IMG/VR virus record: IMGVR_UViG_3300042691_039521
Location: 1 to 64,000 of that record
From: a virus
Direction: 5' to 3' (one strand)
Length of the DNA stretch: 64,000 bases
Below are positions 45,860 through 57,400 of the stretch, in pieces. Numbering within the stretch: the first letter of the stretch is position 1; each line of letters starts with the position of its first letter. The notes beneath the pieces were generated by a model. That model was given only the letters and a program-made list of their open reading frames with translations. It had not been told where the DNA came from and made no database searches. A program made the position numbers and the translations under genes.

Positions 45860-47143
45860 ATGGCAATTAAAGGTGGACAGATTCTACACTCATCTGGCAC
45901 ATATGTACTTGACCGTATTCAGTCAAGCGGTCCAGGTGACCTAAACATCCCCGAGGAAAAGATTTACGAACTTGGTAACTACGAATCAGTTGCTACCGTT
46001 CGTGACATTCCCGAAATTTCATTCGATCTAGAGTCATATGATATGACTACAGAGTTTGAGTGCATTCTTACCAACAAAGATCCAGTATCTTTCTCAAGCT
46101 CAGTTGGTTCAAACGATATTGATTTTGGCGATGCTGTTCCAATTGATATTATTTCACCTTGGAAATCACGTCGTGGTCAGTTCGACATTGTTAAGGGTGT
46201 AATTATTCCTTATCTAACCCTAGAGTCAGCTTCATACCGTTTCGGTGTTGGCGAAAACTCTTCACAGAGCTTCAGCCTTCGTGGCGATTCAATCTTCTAT
46301 ACCCCAGGTCAGCCCTGGTATGAAGAATTCACAAACACTGGCATTGGTCCATACACTCTAGAAAACAGCAATGTTGCAACCGTTTACAACGTTGGTCTTG
46401 ATAACATTTATGTTCTTTCTGTATGTCTAGTGGATTCAACCACAAACGCTTACAAGAGACTTTTCTTTGATGACACAGTTGACGGTACAACCGATTCAGG
46501 TTTCGGTGGTTACACTAACACCACAACTAGCGTTACACTACCTAATGATGAATCAGCAACTTACGACACTGTAAGAATCACTTACGGTACTGATGCTGGT
46601 ACATTTGATTACACTCAGACCGGTAACAACTTTGATGGTGATCAGCTAGTTCACCAGAACACCACAGTAAAGCCTGCCGCTATCCGTGGTAAGGACATTG
46701 ATATCTACATCGGTATTGGCGCCACTCCTGCTTGGACTCGTCTGAACTCAGTTCAGAACGTCGAAGTAACTTGGACTGCCAATCTAGAAAACGATGAGGA
46801 ACTCGGCAACGAACGCTATGTTTCAACAGAATATGACGTTCCAGAGGTTAATGGTTCAATCGGCGTAAAGCCTTTCGATCCAGCGGACCTTTTCGCTAAG
46901 ATTTCTCAGATTACCGGTGTTGATGATACTAAGGTTATCGGTCCTAACGTAACTACTCCAGTTGCTCTAGAAATCAGAATTAATCACCCAGATTCCGGCG
47001 CACGACTAAAGACTCTATACATCCCAGATGCAAGATTCTCAGTTCCCGGTTACAGTGGTCAGGCTAACACCACACTTGAAACCTCAATGAGCTTCACCTC
47101 TGATGGTGGTAACCTCACTGTTTACAACGGTTCAAGAGTCTGA
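45860..47143 (+). CDS. major tail (tube) protein
   Basis: Synteny before chaperone/TMP; YELGN and EELGN twin motifs; biased codons; terminator follows. Confidence 0.8.
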   Translation: MAIKGGQILHSSGTYVLDRIQSSGPGDLNIPEEKIYELGNYESVATVRDIPEISFDLESYDMTTEFECILTNKDPVSFSSSVGSNDIDFGDAVPIDIISPWKSRRGQFDIVKGVIIPYLTLESASYRFGVGENSSQSFSLRGDSIFYTPGQPWYEEFTNTGIGPYTLENSNVATVYNVGLDNIYVLSVCLVDSTTNAYKRLFFDDTVDGTTDSGFGGYTNTTTSVTLPNDESATYDTVRITYGTDAGTFDYTQTGNNFDGDQLVHQNTTVKPAAIRGKDIDIYIGIGATPAWTRLNSVQNVEVTWTANLENDEELGNERYVSTEYDVPEVNGSIGVKPFDPADLFAKISQITGVDDTKVIGPNVTTPVALEIRINHPDSGARLKTLYIPDARFSVPGYSGQANTTLETSMSFTSDGGNLTVYNGSRV

Positions 47144-47184
47144 TAAAAACCTTATGGGAGTCCATGTGGATTTCCTCTTCTAAG

Positions 47185-47220
47185 AGAAAGGTCGCTCTCG
47201 CAAGGGAGCGGCCTTTCTTG
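47185..47220 (+). terminator. intrinsic terminator with GCAA tetraloop
   Basis: AGAAAGGTCGCTCTC-GCAA-GGGAGCGGCCTTTCT. Confidence 0.8.
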
Positions 47221-47227
47221 ATGTTGT

Positions 47228-47245
47228 GCCGATATATGAAATAGG
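47228..47245 (+). promoter_or_regulatory. putative late promoter
   Basis: GCCGATA-N7-TAGG directly after terminator. Confidence 0.7.
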
Positions 47246-47278
47246 ACTGTAGATATAATCAAGGTATAGGAGAAAAGA

Positions 47279-48064
47279 ATGGCTAAAAAGAATGATGAAG
47301 TTATTGCGCCCGTAAAGCGCAGACTATCCGATCTGTTCGTCACAGGCGAAGAGGTAGTTTTTGATGATGGAGATGGCGATGCTCTTACTGTTTGGGTTCA
47401 AAAATTAACTCCAGCAGAAACCCAACTTGCTGTTGAGAGGTCGCGACCATCTAAAACTAAAATTATTTCTATCAAAAAGCTTCCTGATGACCACCACCTA
47501 AAGCTTCGTTATCTTGACGAACTAGAATCCGCTGGATTCGAAGAAAAAATTGATTTCATTAAATTCTTGATTAGATCAAAACTTGATGAAGCAAGAATCT
47601 CAGCACAGGAACGCGTAGCTGCAGAAGAAGAGTGGTCCAAAGATGATTATCTTGTTGGGCTTCAGGAGGCTTGGAATGAAGAATTGCAAGCTAAATGGGT
47701 AGACTCTGGTGACGAGGATGATGATGCTAACAGAGTTTATAATGAACTGAAACGGTATACGGATCAGGTTATGAATGAAGTAAAGACGGCGGAACAGGAA
47801 CTTATTAATGAACTTGACGATCTTTCACTAGAAGCGCTTCAGCGTCGAGCGGTAAACCGTTTAATAGAAACACATGGAGATAACGCTCTCATCGCTGAGT
47901 TCAGAAAGCAACAGTTATTCTATGCTGTCCGTGAGGGAGATAATCATAAAAAGAGATATTTTGAGAACATAGAAGAAATAGATACCTTACCCGGTGTTAT
48001 TTACACACGTTTGCTTAACACATACAGCGAGCTTTCTGTTGATTCTTTTGAGGGAAAAGACTAG
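47279..48064 (+). CDS. tail assembly chaperone (G-like)
   Basis: Position between tail tube and TMP; slippery site at 3' end. Confidence 0.8.
   Translation: MAKKNDEVIAPVKRRLSDLFVTGEEVVFDDGDGDALTVWVQKLTPAETQLAVERSRPSKTKIISIKKLPDDHHLKLRYLDELESAGFEEKIDFIKFLIRSKLDEARISAQERVAAEEEWSKDDYLVGLQEAWNEELQAKWVDSGDEDDDANRVYNELKRYTDQVMNEVKTAEQELINELDDLSLEALQRRAVNRLIETHGDNALIAEFRKQQLFYAVREGDNHKKRYFENIEEIDTLPGVIYTRLLNTYSELSVDSFEGKD
48052..48058 (+). other. programmed -1 ribosomal frameshift site GGGAAAA
   Basis: G GGA AAA in frame 0; -1 frame is open (K R L G G S S F F V R M) into ORF 48082..48420. Confidence 0.88.
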
Positions 48065-48420
48065 GAGGCTCATCCTTTTTTGTGAGAATGGCCTCCTTCG
48101 CTAAGTCCACTGGTTCGGGTAAATCTATACTTCCAAAGGGTATAGATTTACATAATATTACAAATGACCTATTTATTGCAATAGAACACTCTTTGAGGAT
48201 TCTATCGTGGCAAGAAAACCTTCCTTCGGATGAATGTCCTCCAGCATGGATGTGGCCTCTTGATTGGGAGATTGATGAATGGTTTAAGAAATTGAAGATT
48301 GAAAGAGATAACAAGTACGGTAGATCTTCATCTAGTAGCTACAATGATGAAGGCGACAGTCTATTTGATGAAAACGTTTACTTTGAACGATTGAAGACAG
48401 AAGGGTCTTTATTTGAATAA
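48055..48420 (+). CDS. tail assembly chaperone frameshift extension (T-like)
   Basis: Reached by -1 shift; E.PP.W.W...I..WF motif. Confidence 0.8.
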   Translation, partial: KRLGGSSFFVRMASFAKSTGSGKSILPKGIDLHNITNDLFIAIEHSLRILSWQENLPSDECPPAWMWPLDWEIDEWFKKLKIERDNKYGRSSSSSYNDEGDSLFDENVYFERLKTEGSLFE

Positions 48421-48421
48421 A

Positions 48422-48439
48422 GCCGATATCTAACATAGG
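48422..48439 (+). promoter_or_regulatory. putative late promoter of TMP
   Basis: GCCGATA-N7-TAGG. Confidence 0.7.
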
Positions 48440-48465
48440 ATACTGTGTAGAAAAAGGGGTTAGCT

Positions 48466-51400
48466 ATGGATGGAAATAAGTTTCTTATTGAGGTAGGCGT
48501 TGACACTTCCCCTGCCGAAAAAGATCTTGCTGCCTTCATGAACAAGCTGAATTCCATGAGAGAGAAGGCTGCCTCTCAGGATTCTGGCTCATCTTCTGCC
48601 CAGTTACCTCCACAGGTAGCTAGTGCAGCATTTAGTGACGCTCCTATTGATCTTTCAAAACAAACCTCTGATTTAAAAGAACAGGCAAAGATTCAAAGAC
48701 AAATTGTTCAAGACAGAGGTAAACTAGTTGGGCTTCTACAAGAAGAAGCTCGCATTTCTGGTTCTATAGGATCTGGGGATCTGCAAAACATTAGAAAGGG
48801 AGCGGAAGACGCTCTTGCCGCCGCCTTTGGATCAGATAAATTAAGCTCTTCTTTGAAGGGTGTTTTAACTAAAGCTATTAATCAAACAGTAGCAGAGGTG
48901 CGTACACCAGAAGGCAAGGTTACTCAAGCTCAAGCTTTGAGTGCCAAGAACGCTCCCGCTCCACCAGAAAGATTTGCTACTAGATCAACCGCTGTTCTAA
49001 AAACTGTTGGCATTGACGCTCCAACCGTCGTTAGACCAAATGTTGATATTCTAAAAGATTTCAATAAAGCTGTTCAAGCAAATCAGGGTGACATCATTGG
49101 TGTGTTAAACTCTATTTCTTCCAGCCTTCAATCAGTTGTCAAAGGGGCCGAGTCTCTAGCTGGTAACTTTACTTCTGCGGCTCAAGATCAAGGTAAAGCC
49201 CTTGACGATATGACAGACAGTATGACTGAAACAGCAAAGTCTGTTGGAAAAGTCAATGATGAGATTCTTAAATCGCTTGCCGATAAAGCTAAAAAGGCTG
49301 CTATTGATTCTCAGAAGAGCTTCGGTGGCCGTCAGAAAGAAGTTTTAAAAACAGTTGTTGATAATCCTGGCATCACCTATGAAGAGCTAAAAGCTACTGG
49401 TGCTCCACCTCAGACAATTCAGTCGCTTACAAACAGGGGTTTAAAAAGAACTGGTGATAAATTTGATTTAGACACCTCCGCTCTCACTAATTTTAATACC
49501 GAATTAACAGGGGTATTAACAGATTTCATTGGTACAAGTGCTGGTAGTATCAACGAAATACAAAAATTAGAAAAAGCTATAAACAACTTAATTGCTGGGG
49601 TCGATTCCGTTACCGCAGAAGTAGAGGGTACCGCTACGGCGGTCGCTCAGGACGGTCTATTTGGAGAGAAGGGTAAGACTGAAGCCGTTCGCAAGGGATC
49701 TGTTCCACAGGATGAACCCGCACCTGCTAAGAAAGAAAAGTTTGTTCAAACAGATTTTCTTGCACAAGAACAAACAATTGAAGATGCGTTAGCTGCTGAA
49801 GCTGAAGTTATTGAAGAAACTGTTGATGTTAGAAAACAAGCTTTAGAGTTACAAAAACAAGCTGTTCAAGCTCGCCTTGCCTCATCCAAGGCAGAGGGTG
49901 AATTCTACGATAAGTTTGATTCTATTATCCGTAAATATGGTGGCGACCCAGAGGGTGATGCTATAGTTAATAGAGACGTTGTTTTTGAAGACACAACAAA
50001 AGAACCTAAAGAAATAACAATGGCAGAATGGGAAACCCTTGGTTCGTTTGAGAGAAACTGGGAAAGACTTCACGAGGCAGCACTTGAAGCAACTAGGGCT
50101 TTAGAAGTATTTGTTCAAGCCAATAAGGTTTCTACTAAGGATTTGTTTGTAGAATCAGAGGGAAATGAGCCACAGAAACTTCTTGATAGTCTCAAGGCTG
50201 AATATGAAAGACTAAAATCTGTCCAGGGAGAGCAACTTAGTGCTGCGGCAGCGGCTGGTCTAAAAATAGATACAGAAAATCGTCGTGGCGAATTTGGTGG
50301 CGAAGGTCCAAGACAAGAAGTTATCGCTCAATATGAAGCAGAACTTGAAGCTTCTAAAGAGGCTGTGAGTGAAACATCAGCTAAATTACGTTCAGTATCG
50401 GCTAAGATCACTGAGCTAGAAAAATCCTTAGGTCTTGAAGTCTCCGCTCTTGAGCTTACAACTAAGGCTTCAGTTAATCTTACGAAAGCTCAGGTTGCTG
50501 CTATTCAAGAGATTTCTAAAGATGCTGCTTTTGGGCAGACCACTCTTAATGCAAAGGGTACTGGTGGTTTGTTCACATATGACAAAGCTGACGCAGAAAG
50601 AGTTGGAAGATTTGCACAAGGAGTTCTTGAGGACCCTCAATCTTCTGCTGTAGAAAAACGTGCTGCCACAAGAATCTCTGAATCAGTAGATATAACTCTT
50701 CAAGAAATAGAAAGAGCTAATACCGCTAGGTCTGAGATAGCTGACATTTTAGAAGATACTACAGAATATTTAGATGAATCAGCGCAATGGGAAAAAGAAA
50801 GAGCAGAACGAGCGAAAGTAAGGGCGCAAGAAGTTGCTGATGCTGTTGCGGCGGCAGAAGCGAAAGGATTAAAGACTATTCCTATCGCTTCCCAGGATGC
50901 GACTAATCTACAAAGATCTAGACTTACATTTGCTAAAGATAAATTCCTAGATCCACTAGGAAAAGACCAATACCCAGCTTCTGGTAAAGTAGAAAATGAT
51001 TTCAATTTTGATACAGCATTAATTTATGATCCAAATGATTTAGATTTAATTAGATCTAGAATTAAAGAGGTTATCAACGGCCTTACTAGCGATATAGCTT
51101 CAGTTGAAGCTGGTTCTGGATCAGTTTCTACTCCGCTTAAGTTTCTTCGTGAGCGTCTTGAATCTGTTGAAAAAATAGCTTCTGAAATTTTTGCCAATGA
51201 AGGTCAAACATTAAATCTAAATACACTTGAAATAATTAATGATAAAATTACAGACTTAACATCTGAAGCTGAGGAATCTGCTCAAATAACTAGAGAGCAG
51301 AATGCTATTGGTGGACAAATTACTGCAGCGATGGAGCAGGAGCTTAAAGCTCGTCGCGAGGCTGCTGACGCAGCGGCTAAGGCTCCGTTGAGCGATGCCG

Positions 51401-54400
51401 ATAAACAAGCATTGGCTAACGCAGAACAGCCTACTTTACTTTCTTCAAATTCTACACTTGATCCATCTCTTTCTGAACTTGAGAAACAGTTAATTCTTGC
51501 TGCTGAAAGAGTCAAGGCTATTGTCTCTGTTCCGGTAGAGCAACTTGAGGCAGGGGATGAAATTTGGCGTAACTCTGGCGCTGGTACGCTCTTGCGGAAA
51601 CTTCAGAATCCAATTGGTGGAAGAGAAGGAGTTCCGCAGGTTGTTGACTATGTACCAGAAACTAATTATCCAATTCTTGGTGACGCCACGCAGGGTGATG
51701 CAATTAAGGTTCTGAAAAAAGTTGATGCAGAGAGACTCGCCAACGGAGAAACGGCTCTTTCTGTAGAGGAAGCAAGAACCATCATTGCCCAAAAACTACT
51801 AGAAGTAGAAGCGGAACTTGTTCCGATGATGGCAGCGTATAAGACAGAAGAAGAAAAGGCTCTTGTTTTAAAGAAAGAGTTAAACGACTTTCTACAAAAG
51901 AAACTTGATGAACAGGGAGTCAATGTTAATGCTGAGGATGTAAGGGTAGTCAGTCCCACTGGATCGGTTTTTAAAAAATCTGGACCCGGCAGTAAGAGTC
52001 CATTATTTAAACTATCAGATACAGATTACGAAGAGTATATTAACAGATTGCACAAAATCCCTCAGTTAAGTGCTGCAAGGTTTAATAGAGAAGGCTACAA
52101 TCCCGTAGGTCTAGGAAGTGATTTTCCACGCGATGATTCGGTTCCTAGATCACTTAATCAGGTTAGTAGCGACTACGAGGCTCTATCTGACATTATTCGT
52201 AGGCAGGTTGATTCTTCCTTTGAAGCTTCTGTAACTCTTGATCAATTAAATGATCTTTTAAGTTCAACCGCTTTAAGTCAAGAGGAAATTAATAAAGTTA
52301 GTCTCATAATACTAGACAAGCAAAGAAAATCATTAGAATCATATCTAGTTAATAATCCTAACAGAACTGATACTGATGCTAATCCAAATGACCAATCTAT
52401 ACGTCAACAGGCTGAGCTTTCTAAAACATTAGAAGACATAAATACTATTCTTGGTTTAAGAAAAGAAGCAGAGCAGAAAGTTGTTGACGCTGTAGAACAA
52501 CAGGCTGCTGCTCAAGAAGATATAACTAGAGAAATCTTGAAGCCTGATGCCGTTATTCAGCCATCCAGACTTCCAGCCGAAGTTCGTGGACCAAAAATTC
52601 CAACTGCTCCACCGGAAATTATTGATGTTCAATCTGCTTCGGATGAAGATAAATTAGCTAAGAGATTAGCTAATCAAGAATATGCTCGACAAAAGCTAGC
52701 CCGATCAGCCGCTGGCACGATTGGGACCGAGCCAATTGAAGGTGTCGAAAAAAGTGCTGAACGTCTTTCCGCAACAATGGATGAGAGTCTTACATCCATT
52801 AAAGGCATGTCTCAAGCGATGCTTCAGATTATTGATCTTCTTGAAAAGAATCCTGATCTTGGGCTTGCAGAGTTTAAGCAGATTACCGGTGGAACAAAGG
52901 GTATGGGGCCAAGGGGCGCTTCTCTTAAGGCGTTACAGGATCGTGGTATTGTTACTTATGACGAACGATCTAAGTTAAAAGTTGCTGCCCGTGAAGATAT
53001 CCCAGGGTTGTTTAAAGCTTCTTCTGATAGAAGAGTGGAAAGCAAAAGGACAGCAGATGCCGAGCTTATTGCTCAAGCCCAAGCTGAACTAGAAGCTCAA
53101 ATCGAAGAATATGGAGCAGATGTTGTAGACGCATTCAGCGACAATCTTTCCGACCTTACTCAGCAGTACGTTGATTTACTCAAGGGGAGAATTGAGGCTC
53201 TAGAGTTTAGTCTTGGGAATGAAGATGGCGTTATTGGCGCTGTTGGTGACATTCCAACTCCTTTAATCAATAAAGATCTTTATGAAAGATTTGGTGAAGC
53301 AATTGGTCCTGAATGGGATTTCTATGTTGAAGCCTTTTTAGCTGAAAATTCTCCAGGTCTTCTAAATTTTCGGGGAACTAATTTTAGTAAGAGTGATATT
53401 GATTCCCTTCTTTTCTCGGAGGATGATCCTCAAAAGCAAATAACTAATGCTGCTAATGACATTAGGGATAGAATTGAAAAGTCTCAATCTAGAATTCCTG
53501 GTGATTCTACGTCAATTGGCTTTGAAGATTTCCTTTCTGAAACACCTAATCTCAGAGAAGCAAACCTAACCATTAGTGAATATGTAACCCAGTTGTTAGA
53601 GTTAGTATCTCTTTCTGAAGAGGTCACCAACATTTCTAATGGGCTTGCTGGCCTAGATCTTTCTACAGCCATGGCGCTGTTCGGGGGTCAATTGGAGAGC
53701 ATGGCTGCTGAGTCAGTCGTGCTCAGCGAAAATATAGCAAATGCGGCTAGGGAAGAAACTATCGCTAAGCTAGAAGCTATTTCACAAAACAAAGCTGCAT
53801 TAAGAGCATATAAGCAGGCTTTTGTTGAGGTTAGCGATGAAAGCTTTGCTGATTTGTCTATTGACTTCCAAGAGGTGCTACAAGAGCAGTTGCGACAGGC
53901 GGCAGAGAATGCTAGTGCGACTTTGCGAGGCAACGAGTCAATTCTTGGGGAGGCTTCAACAGCTAGAACAATCAATGTTGATGAAGGTCAAGCTATCGAC
54001 AATCTCCTTGGTATACAGAATGCTTTAGAGGCTAAGATCTTTAGGGAAGGTACGTTTAACTTACCTCCAACCGAAACGACGCCAAGTGTTGCTCCCGCAG
54101 CAGAAGCACAAGATTCATTAGTTAACGAGGTTTTTGAAGGCGCAAAGATTGAAGCCGAGACAAACACTCAAAGACGTAAGAATCTTGAAAAAACCAAACA
54201 AGAGGTTAATGCAGAACCCCTTAATTCGGAAGTCTTTGTTCAAGAAGAACAGGGTCTTGTTAGTGCTTTGGCAAGAAAGATTGAAGCTCTTGATCAACAA
54301 TCTTCTCTCTTAGAAAATATCTATCCTTCATTTGAGGAAGCTGAACGTCAGCTTGTTATAGCGCTGAATCGTAAGCGTTTACTTTTAAATGCTCAGGCTG

Positions 54401-57400
54401 ATGCGCTAGAAAATAACGGGGTTAGTTTAGCCCCAATTTCTGCTATTGATCCATTCCAGTCTGGCGGAGCAGATGGTGGTCCTAAGTATGGAGTAAATCC
54501 TTATGACACCATGAACCCTGGTGGCGGTGGTGGCGGTGGTGGCGGTGGTTATGTTGGTGAAGAGGGCGAGGGATTCGATCCAGTTGAAGCTGCTAAAGCC
54601 AGAGTAGAAGCTGCTCAAAATGAACTATTAATCAACATTGCTCTCTTTACTCAAATTTATGAGAAAACCACTCTTCTTCTTTCTGAAAAACTAGCCGAAC
54701 TACAGGCTGGAATCAAAGGATTCGATGAAAAACTAAAGGGCATGACCCTTCAAAGTATCATTGATCAAGGAGATGTTTTCAAAGATGTAACAGAAGGTAA
54801 GGCTGAGCAAAAGTCTGCTAAGGCTATGATTGATGCGGGAGCCGCAGAAGCACTTCTCGCAAATGATGATCTGTTGTTCAACTTTGTTGCAGGCCAAAAA
54901 CTACTGGCCGAAGCCATGGAGAAAATCTCTCAACAGATTTTCGATAAAAACCTTGAAGCAAACAAGCGTATTAATGCTGCTTGGGAAAAGGCTGCTGTAG
55001 CCTATGAGATTCTTACCGAAACAAACGCTGGTGCTGGGGAAAGTTTAGCTGAACTATTCAGTAAGTATTCTGGCGCCTTAAGCGTATTTAATCAACAGTT
55101 AACGGCTCTCACTAAAGAGGGGGTTACTGGTGATCCAGTGAGTTTACAGGCTATGGGCGAAGCAAAGGGCAGAACCCGTATAGCTGACACGGTTATATCG
55201 AATCAAACTAATCAGTCTATTCTTGATACTATTAACAATGATCCGAATGACCCTAATGGTGAACGTAATCTTGTTGAAGAACTCTTAGATGCTCAGGTTG
55301 CTCTGATTCGTTCAACATCAGAACTTGCTGAACTACGCAACCAACAGGTCGAGTTAACTGGTGATGTTATTAAGCAGTTAGCTGAAGAAGATACCTCTAT
55401 TCTCAATCTCAAGAACGCTCGCGAGGCTGCTGCTCAAGCTCTATTTGATAATCTTCCGGCTGGGGCACTGAAGGATAAACTAGCTCTTCAGAGAAGGGTT
55501 GGTCAAAGAGAGCTTAACGTTAATGATCCACAATACATTTCGTTGAGAAGACGTGAGAATCAGCTTAGGCAGCAAGAGGCTAGAGCTATTGTTGGCGAAA
55601 AACAGGCTCCAGGTTTAACTGGTAAGATTACCAGATACTTTGATTACCAGCCAGACCGTGGTGGCGCTGGCTTCAAGCAGTTCTTTGGTGGCGGTGCGCT
55701 TGCCGCTCTCCGCTATGGTTTACCAGGGCAGATTATGCGAAGCGGTGGTTCTCAGATTGTTAACACAATCAAAGAAGCAGAAGAACTTCAGTTCGCTTTA
55801 GCTCGTTTAGAAGGACAGTTCAAAACAGCCTTCCCAACAGAAAACTTTGAAGAAGTTCGTGCCAATATTAAAGCGGTCGCCGCTGAAACCGGTCTTGCAG
55901 CAGATGAGATTGCTAACTTCCAGATTCAGATTACAGGCGCCTTCTCTGATACGGAAATCAAGGGTGTTGGTGGAACTGATCTAATTGAGAAACAAGTTGA
56001 GTCTGCAGCTAAGCTTGCTCAAACGGTGGGACTACCATTGGCTGAAATTACCGATGGTTTAACTGCTGCTTCTCTTGCCTTTGGTGAAGACTTCGAACGT
56101 ATCGGTGATGTTGCTGTTCGTCTAGAAGAACGCTCTGGTGTTCTCGCTAAAGAAACTATTGCATTCATTGGTGACATTGCTCCCGTTGCCGAAGAAGCTG
56201 GCTATTCTATTGAAGAGTTCGCCGCACTTGCTGCTGTTGCTCAGCAAAGGTCTGGTCGTTCTGGAGCCGCCCTAGCTGAATCATTTGGTCGTGTGATCCC
56301 AGCGTTGAGTGAGCAAAAAGATAAACTTATGGAGTTGGCTCAGATCACTCCATCATTACAAAATCCTGGATTCATTGATGCTATTCGTCAATCTGACTCT
56401 AAGGAGATTCTTAACCAGATCGGTCAAGCATATCAGAGCATGGGTAAGGATGCTCAGCAGGCTACGATAGCTATTCTTGGTGGTCGTCGTGAAGCTCAGG
56501 CTCTTATTCCAGCACTAGCCAATCAGGAACTTGTTGCCAGATTACAGAAAGATGCAGAGAACTCTGTTGGTAGTTTGGATAAGAGATTTGAAGACATTCA
56601 AAAGACATTAACAAACTCTCTTGCTCGTTTAGGCGAATCTGTGAGACAGTTTGGTGTTGAACTTCTTGAATCAGGTTTGACAGATACATTTGAGCTAGCT
56701 ATCAGTTTAGCAGAGAAACTATTAGGAGTATTAACCCCTATTGCTGGTGTGTTTGCTGATATTAATAAACTTCTTGGTGGAGTTCCCGCTGCTGTTGCCG
56801 CTTTGTCTGCGGTTGGTGTGGCCTTCAAGTCATTTGCTTTCAAGGACCAAACAGAAATAGTTACCGATCCATTGACAGGTGTTGAAAGCGAAAATGTGAT
56901 AGGTAGACAGTTCATAGGAACTGACTTCATACAACAAATTGTTGGAAATATTAAAGAAGATTTTGCTGCCGGTTTCGTCGACTCGGGAAGAACCAGCGTA
57001 GAGAGAAGAACTGGTCAAGCGCTACCTGTTGGACCTTTCGCTGCTGGTCAGGGTATTCCAGAAACTGCTCAGCTTCTTACAGCGGGTGAAAAACTTAAGG
57101 CTGGTGGCACAGGGTTGTTAACGGCTGTTGGTGGCGGTTCCGCAGCACTCGGTGCAGGTGTTATCGGAATTGCAGCCCTAAGTACGGCTTACGGAGCTAT
57201 TCAGGGTCAAATTAATGCAACCAAGCAGGCTTTGGACGACCTTATTTTAGAAACTAAGAATGATATTGCGTCTACAGACCTTGATGTTGATGGGGCAAGA
57301 CAGAGGCTAACTGAAAACCTTCAAACACAAGCCGATGATGCTAGAAAAGCTTATGATGGCTGGACGGAGTTTTGGGGTGAACTTGGGAATAGCTTAAATC

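Noticed and set aside
51520-51580. VPVEQLEAGDEIW in the TMP resembling an intein N-terminal block
   Set aside because: No Cys/Ser start, TxxH or HN-C/S/T end nearby; more likely a small beta domain or chance
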